From Squalus acanthias (taxonomy: Eukaryota): a DNA stretch of 64,000 nucleotides. The notes under the pieces are model-generated. The model worked only from the letters and a program-made list of their open reading frames with translations. It was not told the origin of the DNA and ran no database searches. The position numbers were made by a program, and so were the translations under genes. Location: positions 148,368,001-148,432,000 of the forward strand of contig CM059431.1 in the NCBI GenBank assembly GCA_030390025.1, read 5' to 3'. Below, one piece after another: positions 1 to 11,178 of the stretch (position 1 is the stretch's first letter; every line of letters begins with the position of its first letter).

Positions 1-510
1 CCCTTTGTACTGTCCCTCCTAAATGGCAGCGCTCCCACAGTCCTGATCCTCTGACAATGCAGAGCTCCCTCAGAACTTCCCCTGCGACAGTGCAGCGCTC
101 CCTCAGTACTTCCCCTCGGACAGTGCAGTACTCCCTCACTACTGCCCCTTTGACAGTGCAGAGCTCCCTCAATAATGCCCCTCACAACAGTGCAGCTCTC
201 CCTCTGTACTGCCCCTCCGACAGGGCAGGGCTCCCTCTGTATTTCCCCTCCGAAAGTGCGGTTCTCCTTCAGTGCTGACCCTCGCAAATTGGAGCGGTCT
301 CTCAGTACTGCCCCTCTGACAGTGCAGCGCTCAATCAGTACCGCCCCTCCGACAGTGCAGTGCTCCCTTACTATTGCCCCTCTGACAGTGCGACACTCCC
401 TCAGTACAGCCCCTCCGGCAGTGAAGCGCTCTCAGTGCTGCCCCTCTGAAAGTACAGCGCTCACTCGGTACTGCCACACTGACAGTGCAGCGCTCCCTCA
501 GTACTGCCCG
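1..510. repeat. 33-bp minisatellite (ccgacagtgcagcgctccctcagtactgcccct), about 15 diverged copies
   Basis: Tandem unit visible directly; ORF track shows an 11-aa periodicity (TVQRSLSTAPP). Confidence 0.95.
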
Positions 511-552
511 AATAGTTTCTACTGAAGCGAGGGCTTTATGGGATGAACGTAC

Positions 553-718
553 CAATGCCGATCGGGCCTGGATCTGTTCCTCCACCTTAGGGATTTGCCA
601 CCAAAGGGCACCGGGAACGATGTCCATGGTCAGGTTAGGGGTGAGTTGGAGCCAGGACAGGATGTGTCCAAAAGAAGGAGGCCCATCTTCCGTCCTGCAC
701 CGGCCAGTGACGTCTCTG
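553..718 (-). pseudogene. Decayed paralogous ABCG exon (copy of exon 50817-51037)
   Basis: Retains ttcag acceptor and gtacgt donor and encodes ...WWQIPKVEEQIQARSAL. It is 166 bp versus 221 bp, with apparent 8-bp and 47-bp deletions; the expected phase-1 frame hits TGA. Confidence 0.9.
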
Positions 719-864
719 CTGAAACACGGGTCCTGCGATACTTGATTTAGATTGTTGCATTCAACGTTCATGGAGAGCAGTTAGAGAATCTTCCTGATAG
801 CCAGAGTCAGCATCGATCATTCCCCGGGCATATACAGCCCTGTTGGATACATTATAGAGCGCCC

Positions 865-1195
865 TGTACATTACCCTGTGTCCCCACTTTATACCCAGTG
901 TCACATCGAGGGCTCCCAGGGCACAGGTTAGCTACAGTGTAGGAATCCCTCTACATTACCCTGCCAGTGTGTCCCCCACTTTATACCCAGTGTCAGCAGC
1001 GAGTGCTCCCAGGGCAGGTACAGCACGGGTTAGATACAGTGTAGAGCTCCCTCTACATCACCCTGACAGTGTGTCCCCACTTTATACCCTGTGTCAGTAT
1101 CGAGCGCTCCCAGGTAAGGTGCAGCACGGGTTAGATACAGTGGAGAGCCCCCTCTACATTACCCTGATATTGTGTCCCCACTTTATACCCAGATT
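865..1195 (+). repeat. About 102-bp satellite (…cccagggcaggtacagcacgggttagatacagtgtagagctccctctacattaccctgacagtgtgtccccactttatacccagtgtcagcatcgagcgct…), about 3 copies
   Basis: Same unit as the arrays at 39090-40512 and 53016-53815. Confidence 0.9.
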
Positions 1196-2024
1196 CAGTT
1201 AGAACAAAGGTGACTGCTGGAAACGTGCTGTCAAATCAGAGGTTGGTGTAAAATTGTGATCTGTTCCTGACTGAAAGTGAAACAGGTTTTAGTTGCCAGT
1301 CTAAATATGACTGACAATTATTCCATGAAAATTTAACGTGTTTGTGCGACAGTCCGGGGTCTACCATGTTAATGCAGGTGTTAACTCATTTAAAATAAGC
1401 TCCTTTCAAATTGCTTAAAGTCTGTATAAACATAGCAGACGGAAGAGTTCACAGGTGCCTTTTAACTGCTGGTACAATTACACAACAACATTTGAACTCC
1501 AATTAAAGAAGGACCTGCAGCGTATTTCCAGGAATTCCCTGGTGTGCGGGTTGGACACCAAGATATCAAAAATACACGGCATGGAATATCCACTGCAGTG
1601 CGATCCCGACAGTTACTCAGGGATTACTCCCGCTCCGGAACTGCACCACTGACCCTGCTGAAGTTTGTAGGCTCAGGGAGTGGGTCATCCAGGAGTGGAC
1701 AGTAAGAAAGCTGAAGTCCGGTATCGTGACAAATATACGGCGAGGAACCAGATAAATCCTCACTAAGGAACCATCAGGGGTTTTACCTGCCAGCGTAACT
1801 CTAGGGGTGAATGTTTCCTGACTCCCCGAACTGTCTTACATTGAACCCAGTTCAGATCAAGATGGATTCAGTTTACCGGAGAATAGGGACAAATATCACC
1901 ACAATTGAGGGAGACAAGTGCTGCCATTAGAGAATCTAAGAGATCTTTGGGAAAGAAAATGTTGCACAATTGTGATATTAATAGCAAAACATTTCCAGCT
2001 GCCTCAGGAGTTAGAAGACATAAT

Positions 2025-3935
2025 TACACAGAGTTACATAGAAATACATCGATTCTGCACCACAGGAAGAGACCATTCGGCCCAACTGATCTGTGCCAAT
2101 GTTCATGCTCCACACAAGGCTCCTCCCACCCTCTTCTTCTAACCCTATTAGTATAATCTTCTATTCCTTTCTCTCTCATGTGTTTATCGAGCTTCTCCTT
2201 AATAACATAATAACATAAGAAATTGGAGCAGGAGTATGCTATTTGGCCCTTCTAGCATGCTACGTCTTTCAATAAGATCGTGGCTGATCTTCTACCTCAT
2301 CTTCACTTTCCTGCACTATTCCAGTATCCCTTGATACCATTAATATTCAAAAATCTATCGATCTCTGTCTTGAATATATTCAACAACTGAGCCTCCACAG
2401 CCCTCCGGGGTAAAGAATTCCAAAGATTCACCACCCTTAGTGAAGAAATGTCTCCTCATCTCAGTCCAAAATGGCCGACCCCTTATTTAAAGACTGTGAT
2501 CCCTGGTTCTAGACTCCTCAGCCATGGGAAAAACATCCTCCCTGCATCTACCCCGTCAAGCCCTGCAAGAATGTTGTATGTTTCAATGAGGTCACCTCTC
2601 AAACATCTAAACTCCAGTGAATATAGGATCAGTCTGCTCAATCTGACCTCATAGGTCAATCCCCCCATCCCAGGAACTAGTCTGGTGTACCTTCGTTGCA
2701 CTCCCTCTATAGCAAGTATATCCTTTGTTAGATAAGGAGACCACAACTGTACAAAATACGCAAGGTGCGGTCTCACCAGGGCCCTATATAATTGCCGTAA
2801 GAGGCCTTTACTGTGATGCACAAATCCTCTTGTAATAAAGGCCAACATACCATTTGCTCTCCTAATTGCTTTCTGTACCTGCATGTTAACTTTCACTGAT
2901 TCGGGTACAAGGACAAATGCATCGAAGTTACTGGCCTCATCCACTCCCTGTGATCGCGATTTCAACATACTCACCATTCTCTGAGTATAGATGTTTCTCT
3001 TGAATTCCCTATTGGATTTATGAGTGACTATCTTATATTGATGGGCTCTAGTTTTAGACTCCCACAAGTGGAAACATTTTCTCCACGACCATTATAACAT
3101 TTTCATAACCTTAAAGACCTCTATCAGGTCTCCCATCAGCCTTCCCTTTTTTCTAGAGTAAAGAGCCCCAGCCTTTTCTGATTTTCCTGATAAGTGTATC
3201 CTCTCAGTTCTAGGATCATACTTGCAAATCTTTCTACCACCTTCTCCAGTGCTACTACATCAGAGGGAACAGAGGAGGCTTAGGGGAGACCTAATTGAGC
3301 TGTATAAAATTATGTGGGGCCTAGATACAGTGGATAGGAAGGACCAATTTTCCTTCGCAGAATGGTCAACAACCAGGGGCATAGATGTAAAGTAATTGGT
3401 AGGACGTTTAGAGGCAATTTGGGAAGATTTATTTTTACCAAGAGGGTGGTGGGAGTCTGGAACTCACTGCCAGAAAGGGTGGTAGAGGCAGAGTCCGTCG
3501 TCGTATTTAAAAAGTACTTGATATGCATTTGAAGGGCCATAACCTACAAGGCTACGGACCAAGTGCTGAAAATTTGGATAAGAGGGATAGCTCTTTGTCG
3601 GCCAGCACGGACAAGATGGGCTGAATGGCCTCCTTCTGTGCATTAAATTTCTATGATTCTTTTAATAAGATGGAGACCAGAACTGTACACAATGCTCCAG
3701 ATGTGGCCTAACCAGGGGTTTGTACAAGTTGAACATAACTTCTCTGCTTTTCAATTCTGTCCCTGTAGAAATGAATCCCAGCACAATGTTTGCTTTTTTA
3801 TGACCTTATTAACCTGCATTGCTACTTTTAGTGATTTGTGTATCTCTACCCCTAGATCCCTTTGCTCCTCCACCCCATTTAGTCTCTTATTATCCAAGCA
3901 GTGTGTGGCCTCCTTATACTTCCTACCATCTTGTA
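2025..3935. mobile_element. Cluster of CR1 LINE 3' fragments; a minus-strand copy at about 2203-2914 is nested in an older minus-strand copy
   Basis: ORF2 C-terminal motifs (LYRALVRPHL..VQLWSPY, YSLEFR.LRGDLIETY) and CR1-type microsatellite tails; the older element resumes at atgcatc after the insert. Confidence 0.85.
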
Positions 3936-4014
3936 AGACCTTACATACTGCAGACACAGTGCATTAATGGTGGAGGGGAGGATATTGAGTCCTGTGGCAG
4001 GGGGGCCGGGATTG

Positions 4015-4224
4015 TTTGAAGGGACAGTGTAGAGGCAGCTTTACTCTGTAAATGAACCCGTATTGTACCTGCCCTGGGACTGTTTGATGGGACAGTGTAA
4101 TGGGAGCCTTACTCTGCATCTAACCCGTGCAGTACCTGTCCTGCACGTGTTTGGTGGGACAGTGTAGAGGGAGTTTTACTCTGTATCTAACCCGTACTGT
4201 ACCTGCCCTGGGACTGTTTGATGG
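4015..4224. repeat. About 67-bp satellite (gggacagtgtagagggagctttactctgtatctaacccgtgctgtacctgccctgggactgtttgat); continues at 7306-7395 after the Penelope insertion
   Basis: Period 67 between 4089 and 4156; the same unit recurs at 20465-20790. Confidence 0.85.
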
Positions 4225-4279
4225 ACAAAATTGAGAGGTCGCACAACACCAGGTTATAGTCCAACAGTTTTATTTGAAA

Positions 4280-4321
4280 TCACAAGCTTTCGGAGCTATC
4301 GATCGCCCCTTCCTCAGGTGA
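4280..4321 (-). ncRNA. Minimal type I hammerhead ribozyme motif in the Penelope 3' repeat (pLTR)
   Basis: Minus strand reads tcac-CTGAGGA-a-ggggc-gatcgata-gctcc-GAAA-gc-TT-gtga: stem I tcac/gtga, catalytic core, stem II, palindromic AAGCTT in place of stem III; AATAAA follows. Confidence 0.75.
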
Positions 4322-4654
4322 AGTAGTAAAGAAATACAGACTCGACAAAGCATATATAGATAGAGAACAATGCATGTGTACCTTACAATTGCAGACAACT
4401 AAATTAAATCATCCTGACTATCTGCCGAGGTGTGATAAAGTTAATCAGGTCAGCCAGGAAGGTACCACATCAAAGACATAGCAAGATACAACTGAGACAA
4501 TGAGGTGGAGTCGCAGGGGGTCTAACGTGTCAAAAGCTGCCTCTGTATGTAAAACGATAAGCTGTAAAAAAAAATTACTTTTTTACTGGGAAATGTTTTA
4601 CTTTTTTACTGGGAATCACATCTGTGAACAAGCCAACGACGAATCGAGTCTGGA

Positions 4655-7297
4655 TCACGTCATGTATCGTGACATAAACCCAAGATCCCGGTTGAGACCG
4701 TCTTCATGAGTGCGGAACTTGGCTATCAGTTTCTGCTCGATGATTTTGCGCTGTCGTGTGTTCCTAAGGTTGCCTTGGAGAACGCTTACCCGCAGATCCG
4801 AGGCTGAATGTCCTTGACTGCTGAAGTGTTCCCCGACTGGGAGGTAACAATCCTGCCTGGTGATTGTTGCGCGGTGCTCGTTCATACGTTGTCTCAGTGT
4901 CTGCATGGTCTCGCCGATGTACCATGCCGCGGTGCATTCTTTCCTGCAACGTATGAGGCAGACAACGTTGGCCGAGTCACATGAATATGTACCATGTACC
5001 TGGTGGGTAGTGTCCTCACGTGTGATGGTGGTATCTGTGTTGATGATCTGGCATGTCTTGCAGAGTTTGCCGTGGCAGGGTTGTGATCGCTGTTATCCTG
5101 AAAGCTGGGTAATTTGCTGCGAACGATGGTACTTCTGAGGTTAGGCGGCTGTTTGAAGGCAAGTAGTGGAGGCGTGGGGATGGCCTTAGCGAGGTGTTTG
5201 TCGTCATCGATGACATGTTGAAGGCTGCGAAGAACATGGCGTAGTTTCTCCGCTCCGGGGAAGTACTGGACGACGTAGGGTACCCTGTTGGTTGTGTCCC
5301 GTGTTTGCCTTCTGAGGAGGTCTATGCGATTTTTCGCTGTGGCCCGTCGGAACTGTCAATCGATGAGTCGAGCGTCATATCCCGTTCTTACGAGGGTGTT
5401 TTTCAGCGTCCGTAGGTGTCCATCGCGTTCCTCCTCGTCTGAGCAGATCCTGTGTATTCGCAGGGCTTGTCCATATGGGATGGCTTCTTTAACGTGGTTA
5501 GGGTGGAAGCTGGAGAAGTGGAGCATCGTGAGGTTGTCCGTGGGCTTGCGGTAGAGTGAATTGCTGAGGTGTCCGTCTTTGATGGAGATTCGTGTGTCCA
5601 GGAATGAAACCGATTCTGAGGAGTAGTCCATGGTGAGTTTGATGGTGGGATGGAACTTGTTTATGTTATCGTGTAATCTTTTCAGTGATCCTTCGCCATG
5701 GGTCCAAAGGAAGAAAATGTCGTCGATGTATCTGGTGTACAGTGTTGGCTGGAGGTCCTGTGCAGCGAAGAAGTCTTGCTCGAACTTGTGCATGAAGATG
5801 TTGGCGTATTGGGGTGCGAATTTGGTCCCCATGGCTGTTCCGTGTGTTTGGGTAAAAAAATGGTTGTCGAAGGTGAAGACATTGTGGTCAAGGATGAAGC
5901 GGATGAGTTGTAGGATGGCGTCTGGAGATTGGCTGTTGTTGGTGTTGAGTACTGAGGCTGTCGCAGCGATGCCGTCATCGTGGGGGATACTGGTGTAGAG
6001 TGCCGATACGTCCATCGTGGCAAGGAGTGTTCCTGGTTCAACTGGTCCGTGGGTGCTGAGTTTCTGTAAGAATTCTGTAGTGTCCCGACAGAAGCTGGGG
6101 GCTCCCTGTACGATGGGTTTCAGAATGCCCTCGACGTATCCAGAGAGGTTCTCACACAGGGTTCCATTGCCTGATACGATAGGACGTCCGGGTGTGTTGG
6201 CTTTGTGTATCTTTGGGAGGCAGTAGAAGTCTCCCACGCGGGGAGTACGTGGGATGAGAGCGCGTAGGATGTTTTGAAGGTCTGGATCGAAGGTCTTGAT
6301 CAGTCTATTGAGTTGGCGGGTGTGTTCTTTGCTCGGATCTGCGGGTAGCTGTCTGTAGTGTTCCTGGTTGTCCAGTTGTCGGTATGCTTCTTTACAATAG
6401 TCCGTTCTGTTCTGTATGACGATGGCTCCTCCTTTGTCCGCTGGTTTGATGACGATGTTGCGGTTGGTCTTGAGAGCGTGGATGGCGTTGCGTTGTGCTC
6501 GGGTGACATTCTGGACTGTCTTGTGAGTGCGGCTGATGAATCTGGCGTTGATGCATCTCCTGACCGCTTGAGCATACATGTCAAGCTTGCGGCATTGACC
6601 CTCCGGAGGGGTCCAGTTTGACTCTTTTTTCTTCGGTTGCTGCACTGCGAGTCCCTCTGTCTGCTGTTCTGGATCATTGATTGTCTCATTGGGTTTGTTG
6701 CTGACATCTTGGGATTTGTGGAAGTATTCCCGGAGCCTAATTCTCCTGATGAATTCCTCTGTGTCTGCCGCGAGACCGATGGGGTCCATTTTGCTGCTTG
6801 GGCAGAACTTGAGCCCTAGGGTGAGAACTTCGATTTCGTCTGGTTGACAAGTTGACGATGGACTTCCCTGTGGTTGCAGCCGTGGTACCGGGGGAGGCAT
6901 GGTTGCTGCTGGTGGTGATGCCGAGTTTCTCAAGCTTCCTGTTCTTGATGCGCATGTAGGCAGCGTAGTTCCGTTGCCTCGTCTGTTTGGCGCTGTCTCG
7001 TAACTGGTCTGCTGTGTCCTGAGCACAGGCTGAGAGCATGGACTCTATCTTGGTTTCGAGGTTGTGGCGTTTGCTGTAGAGCTGGTGTACGAGATGGTTG
7101 AGGAGTGTGCGAGAGGTACGATGGTAGAGTCTCTCAGCGTAGTCTGTGTTGTATGTCGACTTGAGTGGGTTCTTGATCTGTAGTCCTTTCGGGATCTTGT
7201 CTGCTTTCTTGCATCTCTGTAGATACTTGATGTCGGTGTCGATATGCACGATCTTCTTGGCGATTCTCTCCACTTTGAGCCGGCAGTTTGTGGTGTC
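4655..7297 (-). pseudogene. Penelope RT-GIY-YIG polyprotein, disrupted
   Basis: Joins ORFs 6737-7273, 5356-7026 and 4655-4906; frameshift near 6845, TGA at 5356-5358 (likely CGA>TGA), frameshift near 5085. Confidence 0.9.
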
Positions 7298-7409
7298 CGC
7301 ATCATGACTGTTTGATGGGACAGTGTAGAGGGAGCCTTACTCTGTATCTAACCCGTGCAGTACCTGTCCTACGCGTGTTTGGTGGGACAGTGTAGATTGA
7401 GCGGTGTTA

Positions 7410-10400
7410 TAGAGAGATACCAGCAGAGGGAGGCAGAGAGAAGGGTGCAACTGATTGTGGAGTGATATCAAGAGAAACCATCAGAGGGAGGCAGGGAGCA
7501 GTGTGTAAACGAATGAGCAGTGAGACAGAGAGATCCCAGCAGAGGGAGAGGGAGATAAAGGTGAAACTAAGTACTGTGATACAGAGAGACAGCAGCAGAG
7601 TTAGTTGGATAAAGGTGAGTAGGAGTACTGTGAAACAGAGAGAAACCAGCAGAGGGAGATAAATAAAGGTGAGACTGCGTACTCTGATACAGAGAGGCAC
7701 CAGCAGAGGGAGATTGATAAAGGTGAGACTCTGTAGAGTGAAACAGAAAGATACATGCACAGGGAGAGAGATAAAGGTGAGACTGAGTACTGTGATACAG
7801 AGACACACCAGCAGAGGGAGATAGATAAAATGAGACTGAGTACTGTGATACAGAGAGCGACCAACAGAGGGAGCTAGATAAAGGTGAGACTGAGTACTGT
7901 GACACAGAGAAACACTAGCAGAGAGAAATGGATAAAGGTGAGACTGAGTACTGTCAGTGATAGAAACATAGAAACATAGAAACAAAGAAGATAGGAGCAG
8001 GAGTAGGCCATTCGGCCCCTCTAGCCTGCTCCACCATTCAATGCGATCATGGCTGATCATCCAAATTCAGAACCCTGTCCCTGCTTTCTCCCCATATCCC
8101 TTGATCCCTTTAGCCTTAAGAAATATATCCATTCCTTCTTGAATATATTTAATGAATTGGCCTCTACTGCGTTCTGTGGTAGAGAGTTCCACAGGTTCAC
8201 CACTCCCTGGGTGAAGAAATCCCTCCTCATTTCTGTCCTAAATGGCTTACCCCTTATCCTTAGACTGTGACCCGTGGTTCTGGGCTCCCCGACCATCGGG
8301 AACATCCTTCCTGCATCTATTCTGTCCACTCCTTTCAGAATTTTATAAGTTTCAATGAGATCCCCTCTCATTCTTCTAAACTCCAGCGAGTATATGCCCA
8401 ATCGACCAAATCTCTCCTCATACGTCATTCCTGCCATCCCAGGTATCAGCCTGGTGAATCTTCGCTGAACTCCTTCCATGGCAAGAACCTCCTTCCTCAG
8501 ATAAGGCGACCAAAACTGCACACAGTACTCAAGATGTGGTCTCACCAAGGCCCTGTACAACTGCACCAAGACATCCTTGTTCCTGTACTCAAACACTCTC
8601 GCTACGAAGGCCAACATACCATTTGCCTTCTTAATCATCTGCTGTACCTGCATGCTTACCTTCAACGACTGGTGCACAAGGACATCCAGGTCTCGTTGCA
8701 CTTCCCCTTCTCACAATCTATTGCCATTCAGATAATATTCTGCCTTCCTGTTTTTGACATCAAAGTGGATAACCTCGCATCTATCCACGTTATAATGCAT
8801 CTCCCATGCTTCTGCCCAATCTCCCAACCTGTCCAAATCATCCTGGAGTTTCTCGGCATCCTCCTCACAGCACACACGCCCACCCAGCTTTGTGTCGTCT
8901 GCAAACTTGGAGATATTACATCTTGTTCCCTTGTCTAGATCATTGATATATATTGTGAATAGCTGGGGTCCAAGGACCGATCCCTGCGGTACCCCACTAG
9001 TCACTGCCTGCCACTCGGAAAAAGACCTGTTTATTCCAACTCTTTGCTTTCTGTCTGCCAACCAGTTCTCTATCCAAGTCATAACCTTGCCCCCAATCCC
9101 ATGTGCCTTAACTTTAAACGCTAATCTCTTATGCGGCACCTTATCGAAAGCCTTTTGAAAGTCCAAATACACCACATCCACTGGTTCTCCCTTATCTATT
9201 TTATCAGTTATAGCCTAAAAAAATTCCAGTAGATTAGTCAAGCACGATTTACCTTTTGTAAATCCATGTTGACTTTGTCCGATCCTGTCACTGTTTTGCA
9301 AGTGCTCTGCTATTACATATTTTATAATGGACTCTAGCATTTTCCCCACTACCGATGTCAGGCTTACCGGTCTGTAATTCCCCGTTTTCTCTCTGCCACC
9401 TTTTTTGAATAGTGGGGTAACATTAGCTACCCTGCAATCCATGGGTATTGTTCCAGATTCCATCGAATGCTGGAAGATGATCAGCAATGCATCTACTATT
9501 TCCAGGGCCACTTCCTTAAGTACCCTAAGATGTAGATTATCAGGTCCTGGGGATTTATCGGCCTTCAATCCCACCAATTTCCCTAACACCATTTCCCTAC
9601 AAATACTGATTTCTTTCAGTTCCTCCCTTTCATCAGACACTATGTTCCCCGACGTCTGTAGGAGGTTATGTGTGTCCTCCTTTGTGAAGACAGAACCAAA
9701 ATATGTATTTAATTGGTCAGCCAATTATTTGTTCCCCATTATAAGTTCCCCTGATTCTGACTGCAGGGGACCTACGCTTGTCTCCACCAATCTTTTTCTC
9801 TTCACATATCTATAACAGCTTTTACAGTCATTTTTTATGTTCCTTCTGAGTTTCCTCTCATATTCTATTTTCCCCTTCTTAATTAATCCCTTTGTCCTCC
9901 TTTGATGAATCCAAAACTGCTCCCAATCCTCAGGTTAACTGCTTTTTCTGGCCTATTTATATGTCCTCTCCTTGGATCTTATGCTATCCCTAATTTCCCT
10001 TGTTAGCCACTGTTGAGTCACCTTTTTTGTTTTATTCTTATGCCAAACTGGGATGAACAAATTCTGTAGTTCATCCATGCGGACTTTGAATGTTTGCCCT
10101 GCCTATCCACCGTCAACCCTTTGAGTGACATTCCCCAATCAATCCTACCCAACTCGTGCCTCATACCATCGTAGTTTCCTTTATTTAAATTCAGGACCCT
10201 AGTCTCTGAGTCAACTACTTCACTCTTCATCTTAATGAAGAATTATATCATATTATGATCGCTCCGACCCAAGGGGCCTCGCACAACAAGATTACTAATT
10301 AATCCTTTCTCATTACATAATACCCAGTCTAAGATGGCCTGCTCTCTGGTTGGTTCCTCGACATATTGGTCCAGGAAACCATCCCGCAAACACTCCAGGA

Positions 10401-10705
10401 ATTCCTCCTCCACAGTATTGTTACTAATTTGGTTAGCCCAATCTATATGTAGATTAAAGTCACCCATGATGATTGCTGAGGGAAACAGATGGAGGTGAGA
10501 CTGAGTGCTGTGATACAGAGTGGCACCAGCAGAGGGAAATAGATAAAGCTGAGACTGAGTACTGTGATGCAGAGAGACACCAGCAGAGGGAGATGGATAA
10601 AGATAAGTTTGAGTACAGTGATACAGAGAAACAGCAGCAGATGGGGATAGATAAAGTAGAGAGTGAGTACTTTGATACAGAGAGGCACCAGCAGAGGGAG
10701 ATTGA
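7410..10705. repeat. 54-bp minisatellite (gataaaggtgagactgagtactgtgatacagagagacaccagcagagggaga..) at 7410-7955 and 10478-10705, split by a CR1
   Basis: Tandem unit visible; 18-aa periodicity in ORFs (HSTQSHLYLSPSAGVSLY). Confidence 0.9.
7960..10478 (-). mobile_element. CR1 LINE, 5'-truncated (end of endonuclease + RT), disrupted
   Basis: [45 protein letters not shown]; (tttctatg)n tail. Confidence 0.95.
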
Positions 10706-11178
10706 TCAAGCCATGTATTTATTAAGTCACAGGAAGGCAACAGTTTAATAAGGGTTGTGCTGAATGTTCCACATTAGAATCATCCCTGAAGCTGTGCAGT
10801 GGGGTAAAGGTATCGGAACTGTTCTGGCAGAGAGGGGAAGAGCTTCCCAGGGGAGGCAGAGAGGGGAGAGCTTCCTCTGAGGTCGATCTCAAGCTAGACA
10901 CGGCCTAACCCCTGCGCCAGCCTCGGGAGAAACCAAAGAGGAAGTGCCCGCTGCTGCAGGCTGCAGAGATCCGAGAACTCTGTTCTGCCTCAACCTCCAT
11001 CGATCCGCCCGACCGTCCGTTCCGGGGCCAGTAAAGCGAACTGATCTGTTATGAGTTGTATGTCTACTATATCTATCCTAATTTAACTACATTTGAACTG
11101 TCGCTCCTTAATAAAACGACCTGTGACCCCTATGACCCTTTGGGTAATCTGTGTGTGACCTGTGATCCAAATCTTACA

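Larger units (their letters stand above)
4225..7305 (-). mobile_element. Penelope-like retroelement (RT + GIY-YIG endonuclease, Neptune-like), near full length
   Basis: RT motifs (KPADKGGA, YCLPKIHK, GRPIVSG, TMDVSALYTSIP, GTAMG, YTRYIDD), Cys-knuckle (PCHGKLCKTC), GIY-YIG C-terminus (WYIGETMQTLRQRMNEH…GLN); gactgtttgatgg repeated at 4212-4224 and 7306-7318. Confidence 0.95.

Noticed and set aside
5356..7026. Bacterial retron, group II intron or telomerase-type RT
   Set aside because: The linked GIY-YIG domain, Cys-knuckle and pLTR identify a Penelope-like element; the first about 60 aa of this ORF are out of frame.
7407..8060. Hydrophobic 217-aa ORF resembling a membrane protein
   Set aside because: It is a CR1 3' UTR read through into the 54-bp satellite.
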